Shown here: positions 38,901-50,101 of the stretch, piece by piece
How positions within the stretch are numbered: position 1 is the stretch's first letter
Layout of the letters: each line of letters opens with the position of its first letter
NCBI GenBank assembly: GCA_002269645.1
Contig: NIVC01004014.1
Location: 671 to 64,670 of the forward strand
DNA from: Macrostomum lignano
Lineage: Eukaryota
Length of the DNA stretch: 64,000 nt
Reading direction: 5' to 3'
The notes under the pieces: generated by a model
The model's database searches: none
Seen by the model: the letters and a program-made list of their open reading frames with translations, nothing else
What the model was told of the DNA's origin: nothing
Program-made: the position numbers and the translations under genes

Positions 38901-41900
38901 TGATTGAAAGCCTACATAAGCAATATCAACTCACCCCACAAAGTAGATCCTCTTGATGCGCCCAGCCCCCGGAATCTGCATAGCCAGTTTGGCGATCGTG
39001 TGCTCGGAAAATCGATAAGTGATCTCCGACGGTTTGCCAATCAGGTGCGTGTATTGCAGCGCGTTGCCCGTGATCTTTTCGTAGAGAGCCTCCAGGCAGA
39101 GCAGGAATGAGCCGTGGCCAAACCTATAAAGGTATAAGCGTGCGAATACTACTAAATAAGTAGTTGAACAAGTCGATAACAGTAGAACATACACAATAAT
39201 GATAGTTGTCACACCTCGGCATACAGGCCTCCGCCTTGAAGACCAGATCCATATTGCAAGCCAGGATGGGCAGGTGTGTGTCCGGGTACCGCTCCGGGGC
39301 CTTGTCCGGTTTGCCGTTGGTCACCAGCAGGTCGATGATGAGCTGCAGGTAGGACTCCCAGCGGTCCGGCTCGCCGATTGAGATTATGCCTAGGGATTTT
39401 GGGATTTTAACGTTTCTCCACATTGCAATTTGATATGTGACCAGCTCGTGTTCGCGTTCATAGGCTGGGGAACTCCTGACCTTTCCATTTCACTAACTGG
39501 AATTCCCTCTATCCTTCGATGTTTGGAATTCTCCAAATGGATTTCCCTTCCACTTGATACTTTGGGATTTTCATTGTGGACTCCCCATCCAGTTCAATAA
39601 CTTCAATAACTGGGATTCCCTATTATGGATTCCCCATCCAATTCAATAACTGGGATTCCCTATTATGGATTCCCCATCCAGTTCAATAACTGGGATTCCC
39701 TATGATGGATTCCCATCCAATTCAATAACTGGGATTCCCTATTATGGATTCCCCATCCAATTCAATAACTGGGATTCCCTATTATGGATTCCCATCCAAT
39801 TCAATAACTGGGATTCCCTATTATGGATTCCCATCCAGTTCAATAACTGGGATTCCCTATTATGGATTCCCCATCCAGTTCAATAACTGAGATTCCCTAT
39901 TATGGATTCCCCATCCAGTTCAATAACTGGGATTCCCTATTATGGATTCCCATCCAATTCAATAACTGGGATTCCCTATTATGGATTCCCATCCAATTCA
40001 ATAACTGGGATTCCCTATTATGGATTCCCATCCAATTCAATAACTGGGATTCCCTATTATGGATTCCCATCCAATTCAATAACTGAGATTCCCTATTATG
40101 GATTCCCATCCAGTTCAATAACTGGGATTCCCTATTATGGATTCCCCATCCAGTTCAATAACTGAGATTCCCTATTATGGATTCCCCATCCAGTTCAATA
40201 ACTGGGATTCCCTATTATGGATTCCCATCCAATTCAATAACTGGGATTCCCTATTATGGATTCCCATCCAATTCAATAACTGGGATTCCCTATTATGGAT
40301 TCCCATCCAATTCAATAACTGGGATTCCCTATTATGGATTCCCCATCCAGTTCAATAACTGGGATTCCCTATTATGGATTCCCATCCAATTCAATAACTG
40401 AGATTCCCTATGATGGATTCCCCATCCAATTCAATAACTGGGATTCCCTATTATGGATTCCCCATCCAGTTCAATAACTGAGATTCCCTATGATGGATTC
40501 CCCATCCAATTCAATAACTGGGATTCCCTATTATGGATTCTCCCTCCAATTTGCCTAGTGAGATCCTCAGTTGTGGATTCTCTATATTCGAATCACCACA
40601 GGCTTACATTCGATTCTTGGAAAGTCGGGATTCTCCACATAGCCGTTTGCCTAAAATGTTGGTAAGTAACGGTTCTATTAACTAGAGCAATATTATTAGA
40701 ACTACTAAAATTAGCATTAAAAAATTTGCTCACCACCGACTTTCTATTGTTGTGATCCACCATGTCCAGCAGGGGATAAGCTTTCTTCACATCTTCGAGC
40801 TCGCAAACATTTGTGAAGCCCAGACTAAAAAGATCAGAGATGATTTGGAGTAATAAATAGTGCTCCAGGCGCAATGGACTCCCGCGGGGAACCCCACTCT
40901 AGGGGCTTGGCTAGGAAAATCCAATTTCTCGATATGCACCAGCTTTCTTATTCAGCTGATCACGGAAAACTGTTTCCTATTTCATTCGCCTCCAGTCCAG
41001 AGATTAATTAGGGGTCCATGTTGCAGCAGCCCCCCCCCCGCCACTCGCCTCTCAGCAATCTCCAGAATCGGTCCCTGACCAACGAACAGGACCCGCTTGT
41101 GGTGCCACTTGGTGAACACGGAGAGCGGCGACTGCGAGTGGATGCACTGGTCCGGGCTGACCTGCGGGCGGATTCGGATTGAGCAATTATGAGCGATTAC
41201 TCATGGCGGTATTTAATGCCATAGGTACAGAGGACTCTTATGTGGATATTATCAACTATGAGCATATACTCTGTGTACAATTAAATTACGATATAATAGA
41301 CGTACAAAAACGTAAGCACTAACATACGTCCAAACGTTAGGGTCCGTAGCCTAATGGCCTCTGGTGTGCCAACGGCCCAGGCTCGATTCCCAGTGCAGTC
41401 ACATTAATTTGGGGCTAAATTTTAATCTCAGCTTGGCCCTGCTCGTGCAATTAACGGCCTTGAGGGCCAACCCCCAAGGCACAGTGAAGTGTACATGCCT
41501 AGACCCAGTGTACCCCCTGGGTCTTGCTGTCCATTAGCAGAGTTGAATTGATGAAAACTTTAATTTATTTGGGCAATCAAACTCGAGCCCCGCCAGGTCT
41601 CACCTGCACGTCAAACCACTGCGACAGCTTCTTCGCCTTGCTGTCGCCCAACGCGCAGCCGTTTGTGACGAAGGCGAACGGCACCCGCGGCTGGCCGGTC
41701 TCCGGGCAGATCAGCATGCGGATGGCCTCGCGCGCCTGCGGCAGCGGGTTCAGGCCCAGCGCGATCACCCCGTCGATGTCAAACAGCACGCCGAACTCGA
41801 TCTGGTCGAGAGGGGACCGGATCTGCCTGATCCCATCCTGTCTGATCCCATCCTGTCTGATCCCATCCTGTCTGATCCCATCCTGTCTGATCCCATCCTG

Positions 41901-43051
41901 TCTGATCCCATCCTGTCTGATCCCATCCTGTCTGATCCCATCCTGTCTGATCCCATCCTGTCTGATCCCATCCTGTCTGATCCCATCCTGTCTGATCCCA
42001 TCCTGTCTGATCCCATCCTGTCTGATCCCATCCTGTCTGATCCCATCCTGTCTGATCCCATCCTGTCTGATCCCATCCTGTCTGATCCCATCCTGTCTGA
42101 TCCCATCCTGTCTGATCCCATCCTGTCTGATCCCATCCTGTCTGATCCCATCCTGTCTGATCCCATCCTGTCTGATCCCATCCTGTCTGATCCCATCCTG
42201 TCTGATCCCATCCTGTCTGATCCCATCCTGTCTGATCCCATCCTGTCTGATCCCATCCTGTCTGATCCCATCCTGTCTGATCCCATCCTGTCTGATCCCA
42301 TCCTGTCTGATCCCATCCTGTCTGATCCCATCCTGTCTGATCCCATCCTGTCTGATCCCATCCTGTCTGATCCCATCCTGTCTGATCCCATCCTGTCTGA
42401 TCCCATCCTGTCTGATCCCATCCTGTCTGATCCCATCCTGTCTGATCCCATCCTGTCTGATCCCATCCTGTCTGATCCCATCCTGTCTGATCCCATCCTG
42501 TCTGATCCCATCCTGTCTGATCCCATCCTGTCTGATCCCATCCTGTCTGATCCCATCCTGTCTGATCCCATCCTGTCTGATCCCATCCTGTCTGATCCCA
42601 TCCTGTCTGATCCCATCCTGTCTGATCCCATCCTGTCTGATCCCATCCTGTCTGATCCCATCCTGTCTGATCCCATCCTGTCTGATCCCATCCTGTCTGA
42701 TCCCATCCTGTCTGATCCCATCCTGTCTGATCCCATCCTGTCTGATCCCATCCTGTCTGATCCCATCCTGTCTGATCCCATCCTGTCTGATACCATCCTG
42801 TCTGATACCATCCTGTCTGATCCCATCCTGTCTGATCCATCCTGTCTGATCCCATCCTGTTATCGCATCCTATTTGATCGGATCTTGTCGGATCTCTATC
42901 TAGTTTAATTCCAATAGCCAGTGAACTCAACTCTCGGTGATCCGGTACTCACCTTGGTCTCCTCGACTCCGGGATCATCAAACGCGTCGCTGGCCTCCTC
43001 GGCATCGCAGGATGACAGGTCCTCCCGGTCGCTTGTTCCGTTGCTACCCAT
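35943..43051 (-). CDS. HDHD5: HAD-family hydrolase HDHD5/CECR5, 9 coding exons, about 434 aa
   Basis: Phase-consistent exons: 43051-42953, 41822-41604, 41161-41049, 40824-40734, 40650-40608, 39389-39215, 39123-38935, 38732-38533, 36118-35943. Motifs: FGVLFDIDGV, FVTN, DFPRIE, GEPDRWE, PRFGHG, GKP, GDNPEVDIKGAN, SILVGTGVYNP, HGHRD. Confidence 0.95.
36508..36809. mobile_element. MITE with 11-bp TIR and 3-bp TSD in the last intron of HDHD5
   Basis: GAGCCTCTTCA...TGAAGAGGCTC flanked by AGT on both sides (36505-36507 and 36810-36812). Confidence 0.6.
39590..40537. repeat. 39/40-bp minisatellite in HDHD5 intron 5
   Basis: Unit TTCAATAACTGGGATTCCCTATTATGGATTCCCATCCAA. Confidence 0.95.
41342..41502 (+). 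mobile_element. SINE family A, 3'-truncated copy in HDHD5 intron 2
   Basis: Matches the 5' half of 57666-58022. Confidence 0.75.
41827..42858. repeat. Near-perfect 15-bp satellite (TGATCCCATCCTGTC)n in HDHD5 intron 1
   Basis: About 68 almost identical units. Confidence 0.98.
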
Positions 43052-43558
43052 ATTTTTGCCTGCTTTTACTGGCTGGTTGCACCTGAAAAAATCTTCTGCC
43101 AACACCTTTTTATGCAGAGCATGAGCTCTCTCCAAGGCGAAGAAGTGCTCACTGTTTTATCTCACCAGCTCCGACTTTGAAGAAGAAAGAAATTCGCAGG
43201 GTCTGATCTGAGGCCAGTTTGCACAACCTTTGCTTGTCGGGCAGCGCTTTTTAAAAAACGATTTGAACACAACATTTCTTGAGGGGGGGGGGGCTTGCAG
43301 AGGGCCGCTCTGAACCTGCGCAAGCTGCCTGCCGTGATAAAAGTGAAGCTCGGAGCAGATTCTGGCACCTGGAAAAAATCGAGCTACCCCAGTAGATTAC
43401 GGCAAGAGTTCTCGTACTTTTTTGAAACTATCTTGGTTTAGAACTCAGAGCTGGCAGATAGGCCTGACCTGCTCAGCACAGCTTTAGAGTTTGTGAAATT
43501 CAGGCAATGTCAGGAATAGGACAGGAATAGTGGAGTTTCAAAAGCTCGAGACTCGAAA

Positions 43559-43757
43559 CGCAGCTATTGCGCGGCGCATCTGAAGGCTGCGTACGGCTGT
43601 TCAGTCCAAGGACTGGGGGGTCGCCACACACACCCTCAGTTACCACAGCTACAATGCAGAGTTAAGTGTCTTGCTCAAGGACACAAATTGTTCCGATTGG
43701 GTCAAGAATCGAACCCCCAACCTTTCAGTCAAGAGTCCGACACTCTAACCACTAAGC
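43559..43757 (-). mobile_element. tRNA-derived SINE, family B, copy 2 (internal deletion)
   Basis: The minus-strand head GCTTAGTGGTTAGAGTGTCGGACTC...GGTTCGATTC has A and B boxes. It lacks about 40 bp present in 7313-7538. Confidence 0.75.
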
Positions 43758-43933
43758 TAAAACTCTCTACGGCGAAACTTTATATGCTCAAACTTCCCAA
43801 GCTCGAAACTTCGCATGGTCGACAGGTCTTGCAAGTCTCACAACTTAAACAATGTTGACAATGTAAGTTTTCAAGCTTGCGAAGTTCTAGCCTGTGAAAG
43901 CAACCCCAAATGATCAATCAATCAATCGATCAA

Positions 43934-45247
43934 CAGTCAATCTGTGACAGTCAATCTGTGACAGTCAATCTGTGACAGTCAATCTGTGGCAGTCAATCTG
44001 TGACAGTCAATCTGTGACAGTCAATCTGAATCTGTGACAGTCAATCTGTGACAGTCAATCTGAATCTGTGACAGTCAATCTGTGACAGTCAATCTGAATC
44101 TGTGACAGTCAATCTGTGACAGTCAATCTGTGACAGTCAATCTGAATCTGTGACAGTCAATCTGAATCTGTGACAGTCAATCTGTGACAGTCAATCTGTG
44201 ACAGTCAATCTGTGACAGTCAATCTGTGGCAGTCAATCTGTGACAGTCAATCTGTGACAGTCAATCTGAATCTGTGACAGTCAATCTGTGACAGTCAATC
44301 TGTGACAGTCAATCTGTGACAGTCAATCTGTGACAGTCAATCTGAATCTGTGACAGTCAATCTGTGACAGTCAATCTGTGACAGTCAATCTGTGGCAGTC
44401 AATCTGTGGCAGTCAATCTGTGACAGTCAATCTGTGACAGTCAATCTGAATCTGTGACAGTCAATCTGTGACAGTCAATCTATGACAGTCTATCTGTGGC
44501 AGTCAATCTGTGGCAGTCAATCTGTGACAGTCAATCTGTGACAGTCAATCTGAATCTGTGACAGTCAATCTGTGACAGTCAATCTGTGACAGTCAATCTG
44601 TGACAGTCAATCTGTGACAGTCAATCTGTGACAGTCAATCTGTGACAGTCGATCTGTGACAGTCAATCTGTGACAGTCAATCTGAATCTGTGACAGTCAA
44701 TCTGTGACAGTCAATCTGTGACAGTCAATCTGTGACAGTCAATCTGTGACAGTCAATCTGTGACAGTCAATCTGTGACAGTCAATCTGTGACAGTCAATC
44801 TGAATCTGTGACAGTCAATCTGTGACAGTCAATCTGAATCTGTGACAGTCAATCTGAATCTGTGACAGTCAATCTGTGACAGTCAATCTGAATCTGTGAC
44901 AGTCAATCTGAATCTGTGACAGTCAATCTGTGACAGTCAATCTGAATCTGTGACAGTCAATCTGAATCTGTGACAGTCAATCTGTGACAGTCAATCTGAA
45001 TCTGTGACAGTCAATCTATGACAGTCAATCTGAATCTGTGACAGTCAATCTGAATCTGTGACAGTCAATCTGAATCTGTGACAGTCAATCTGAATCTGTG
45101 ACAGTCAATCTGAATCAATGACAGTCAATCTGAATCTGTGACAGTCAATCTGAATCTGTGACAGTCAATCTGAATCAATGAAAGTCAATCTGAATCTGTG
45201 ACAGTCAATCTGTGACAGTCAATCTGAATCTGTGACAGTCAATCTGT
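43934..45247. repeat. 14-bp satellite (ACAGTCAATCTGTG)n with 20-bp variants
   Basis: Directly visible; variants carry an extra AATCTG. Confidence 0.95.
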
Positions 45248-45832
45248 GCAAAAAACTACGCGTCTTTCGTTCTTGTTTCATTTTTCTGCTAACGCAGACA
45301 AAAAAACAGGTTTAATTGACCCGCACTTGCACAGTAGGGTGCACACTCAGCCGTACGATTGCTCAAAATCTCAGTTTTAGTACAAGTGCTTTAGTGTTAT
45401 TGAAAAGAAAAGATTTGAGCTGCTTTGGAATGCCGGCAGGCACAGCTTTGCACGCGAGGGGCCGCTGCGAGAAACGGCTGGCAGTTGCTTGATAAGAAAT
45501 CGAGTTGTCAAACTTTAACTGAGCGTTTTTCCGCTTTGATAAAAGATATACTTTTATAGGTATCAGGTACTGTTGCGACTAAATAAATGCAATCTATTTG
45601 TGGTCATCCCACTTGCTGCGAAAGTCAATTTGCTCCTTGTTACTTTCACCTTGTCACTCTCCCCGTTCACTATCGACTTGCCACTCTTCCCTTATCACTC
45701 TCAACTTAGTACTCTCCCCAATGACTCTCCCCTGTCACTCTCAATAAACTTAGTACTTTCCCAGTCACTCTTATCATGTCACTCCCAATTCACCAACCGC
45801 ACTACCTCTGCATCTCTACCGCTCTCCCTTGT

Positions 45833-46605
45833 GCTGATTGGCTGCCAATCTACCACCCTGCCTCTCCATCTCTACCCCTCTCTGTGTGATAATTGGCTGC
45901 CAATCTACCACCCTGCCTCTCCATCTCTACCCCTCTCTCTGTGATAATTGGCTGCCGATCTACAACCCTGCCTCTCCATCTCTACCCCTCTCTGTGCTGA
46001 TTGGCTGCCAATCTACCACCCTGCCTCTCCATCTCTACCCCTCTCTGTGTGCTAATTGGCTGCCAATCTACCACCCTGCCTCTCCATCTCTACCCCTCTC
46101 TCTGTGACAGTTGGCTGCCGATCTACAACCCTGCCTCTCCATCTCTACCCCTCTCTCTGTGATAATTGGCTGCCAATCTACCACCCTGCCTCTCCATCTC
46201 TACCCCTCTCTCTGTGATAATTGGCTGCCGATCTACAACCCTGCCTCTCCATCTCTACCCCTCTCTGTGCTGATTGGCTGCCAATCTACCACCCTGCCTC
46301 TCCATCTCTACCCCTCTCTGTGTGATAATTGGCTGCCAATCTACCACCCTGCCTCTCCATCTCTACCCCTCTCTCTGTGATAATTGGCTGCCGATCTACA
46401 ACCCTGCCTCTCCATCTCTACCCCTCTCTGTGCTGATTGGCTGCCAATCTACCACCCTGCCTCTCCATCTCTACCCCTCTCTGTGTGATAATTGGCTGCC
46501 AATCTACCACCCTGCCTCTCCATCTCTACCCCTCTCTCTGTGACAGTTGGCTGCCGATCTACAACCCTGCCTCTCCATCTCTACCCCTCTCTCTGTGCTG
46601 ATTGG
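45833..46605. repeat. About 45-55-bp ATTGG-containing minisatellite with a 436-bp higher-order repeat
   Basis: ORFs 45838..46107 and 46274..46543 are nearly identical (offset 436). Confidence 0.9.
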
Positions 46606-46993
46606 CTTGCAGTATCTAATCACTTTCTCGTTAATTATATAGCTAGTTGTAAGTAAGAGAGGCAAAGTAATTGTGTTTCTACGTTGAACGGAAGCAAATA
46701 CTCAGAAATTATCAATGGTGTATTTGTAGCACGAAAATATTATAAAAAGCCTTTTTTATGCGAGCCTTTCTTCTCATTTCGCTGCAGTCACGTGACCACT
46801 GACTGTAGACGGCAACATAAGCTGCGTCGGTTTTACAAGCTAAAATTCGACTGCAAAAAAGAGTTCAAACGCAGTGTTGATACCTCTTTAGCTTTTAATA
46901 AAACGTGATAAGTTATATTGTTAATATTATTTAATAACTGCTCAGATTGCGCTTGAGTTTGGTTGTGAAGACCAGCTATAAGATTAGAGCTGC

Positions 46994-49671
46994 TCACTGG
47001 CTGCGCTGTCTTGGCGGCTCGTCGCCCATCGATGCTTCGACGTTTGCCGACACCGTCGACTGCCGCTGCGGCTGTCGCAGCTGCTGCTTCTGCTGCTGCT
47101 GCTGCTGCTGTTGTTTCTGAGGCTCCTCCTTCACCAGCGGCACTAGGCAGCGGCGGGCCCTGCTGCGGTAGGTGCTGATGAATGGATCATCAATGCAATG
47201 ATCTACGTATAGATAATCCGGCCTGACGCTCATGTCCACCTTGCTAACTGAGCCGGTCATCTCTGTGACCCACTGCTCCCAGCTGTCCGCGATGATCTTC
47301 CTTGGAGGCACCAGGATTTGTACTTTCGCTGCAATTATCAAATAATTAAATTTTGGACACTGCAGATACTCAGTACGAAAATTAACTGGAGAGAGGGAAT
47401 TTCACCAGCCAATCAGCAATCAGGATGGACAGAGATGCAGGGAAACAAAGGGAAGGAAATATTTTCCCCAACCAATCAGTGGCACGAGGTGGGGCAGGGA
47501 TGCAAGGACAGGGTAGGAGAGAGATTCCAGCCAATCAGCGACAAGGAAGCGAAGGCAGAAAGTTTGACAGAGATAAGGAAACATAGATCAGTTTAAATAC
47601 GAGCTATTCACTTACATTTTCTGTCATCCAGCTGCACTTGACCCCGCCTTGGATACCAGATGAGGCTCTGGCAGTCGGCAGCGCTCAGCGAGCTCAACGC
47701 GGAGGCTGGCAGCCGTCGGCGCTCTCCTTCGCAGACCTTGGGTCCGATCAGGCACCTACGGCAGCCGCGGACCCGGTTGCCAAGACTCTGGTCCGGGTCG
47801 ATGTCGATGGCCACTTGGAGGTCCCACTTCACCGTGGCCAGGACGCTAATTTTCTCGCTCCTCCAGTCGATTTCGCCAGCCTCCAATTCGACCAGAGATT
47901 TGCGTGTTCTGAGCGGGAAGGAAAAGTAGTGCTCAAAAAGTAAAAAAAAACTTTTCCGCAAGGAAATCATAAATTTTCACTTTGCTGCATCTCTGGATTT
48001 CAGAGTTGTATCAGCTGATTGGCTGAGAGCACTTCTCTGTGCTAATTGGCTGCCAGCCTTCCTATCTACATGTACCCCTTCCTATGTACTGATTGGCTGC
48101 CAATCTACCGCCCTCCGTTCTCCCTTTCAACCCCTGCTTTCTCTGTGCTTATTGGCTGCCAAGTGCCAACCTCCCTCACTATCTCCTCTCTATGCACTGA
48201 TTGGCTGCCAATCTACCACCTTCCGTTTCCCTCTCTAGCTTTCTCTCCTCGCTGATTGGCTACCAAACGACCACGCAGGCTTTAGAACTCTGTCAAATAT
48301 CTGTTAATTAGTCGCTAACATATCGCCTTGCCCTATTACGTTAAACACTATTCAAAGCCATTACCTGAATGCAACAAGCCAGAGCACTATTCGATTTCTA
48401 CGAACAACTTTCGTTAGTCGATTTGACCGACTTAAAATCCACCAGTTGATTGTGGGCTCGTGATACTCTTCGAACTGAATGCATGTGGTGCACTTTCGCA
48501 TTTCGCCTCGCCTGATGCGGAGGACATTGTTACCTGGCGGGGTTGCAGGTACATGAACAGTGGTATCAGGCTATGGCATGAAAATGATGATTATTCGAAG
48601 CAACCAGAATTTTGCTTGTGGCGCGACAGTCGGACGTGTTAAGCGCCCAAGTGTTCCAATCATTTTTAGTCAACTTTTATAAACTGCGAGCTAAAATTAA
48701 TTCCTCAATATTTCGTTGAAAGGCGTTGTGACTTAAGCAGACAAGTCATTTCTCGTAAAAGATAGGCATCTTATTAGCTGTCAATTATTCGATCGGTTGA
48801 GTCAATGAAGTTCCTAATGTTTCCTCGATAGTGTATATATTTAGGCATATATAGCCCATATTTCTAAGAAACGAAGTGTCTGGGACTAAGATGTCGTCAA
48901 TACAATCACGCGGAGCAGTCTTACCCATGATGTAGGGTGTGCTGCTGTTGCCGCTGCTTGAATTCACCATTTTCTGCTTGCCACTCTTTAGCGGGTGCAG
49001 CTCCCAGCGGGCCTTGCCTGAAGAGCCAAACACGTTTTCGCTCTCCATTCGATCTGTGGCCTGTACGAAACCTATTAGCCAGTCATGATTGGCTATCGAT
49101 TTTTGGATCTGTGATAGGAAATGGAGATGAATATGCGAGGTACTGCTGGCTATTAATTCTGCAGCTGTCTTTCTCTCCCTCAAAAGTCTGACCCTCTCTA
49201 GCCGCTGATTGGCTGACGATTCTGCAGCTGTCTTTCTCTCCCTCAAATTTCTGACGCTTTCTAGCTGCTGATTGGCTAACGATTCTGCAGCTGTCTCTCT
49301 TTCTCAAATGTCTGACCCTTTCTAGCCGCTGATTGGCTATCGATTCTGCAGCTGTCTTTCTCTCCCTAAAATTTCTGACCCTTTCTAGCCGCTGATTGGT
49401 GCTGATGAGAACTTCTGGTGTCTTATAAGCTACCATCTGGAAGAATTATACAAAATAACAGAAATGTAATAAGCTTTCTTACCTTGACATGAGCCTTAAC
49501 CATAATTGACGGTGTCCTATAGAGCAGGTAGCGGTCCTCCTCTCTAGTCACGATGCCGCAGTCGTGAACCCGATCGTTGGACTGACTGGCTAACGGCGAA
49601 TCCAATTTGAAGACCTCCAGATAATATTCGATGCTGCCAGTAGAAAGAATCTTGTGCTCGGTTGACGCCAT
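46994..49671 (-). CDS. FAM78: FAM78-family protein, 5 exons, about 389 aa
   Basis: Phase-consistent exons: 49671-49483, 49108-48925, 48533-48365, 47908-47616, 47328-46994. Motifs LLYRTP, WLIGFVQA, WEL, VLWLVA, WDLQVAIDIDPDQSLGNRVR, LPASAL...A..CQSLIWYPRRG and LVPPRK align with FAM78A as recalled. Confidence 0.85.
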
Positions 49672-50101
49672 TTTATGGTACTTGATTATCGTTTCAGCCA
49701 CCAGATTGGCTAGTTGTTCCTACACCACACTAATCTCTTAATAGGTATTGCAATTATCTAACAGGGCTAATTATTATTGGGTGATAAAGCTAGTTATTTC
49801 GGCTGGTCAGTATTAGTCAGGAAGAAGACTCACGCCAAGGTGCAGCACGGCTAGAAAGAACGCATTCTACTGTTTAAACCGGCATCCCGGGCGGCTCGGG
49901 CAGCCATAGACGCTAATATGGGCTCTTAAAGTCTGCTTCATTCGACACAATTGTCTATGGCAAAGCGCGGAGATCTGTACCTTGAACAACGAAATTGATT
50001 CTAAAGCAAATTAGTTGATGGCATTTTAAATAGCCCCTCAAGTCCGGAGTCAGAGCTAAATATTAGCTAACATCGCAAATACAGCAGAGAGATTTTTATA
50101 T
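49672..50101. promoter_or_regulatory. Probable bidirectional promoter between FAM78 (-) and TTLL (+)
   Basis: The start codons are 430 bp apart, head-to-head. No specific elements were identified. Confidence 0.5.

Noticed and set aside
32073-40537. 39-42-bp repeat arrays as possible CRISPR arrays
   Set aside because: Units are head-to-tail with no unique spacers, there are no cas genes, and the context is eukaryotic.
49083-49436. ORF MVAYKTPEVL... as an extra FAM78 exon
   Set aside because: It runs into intronic repeats with no donor, and exons 1 and 2 already join in phase with a family-like alignment.
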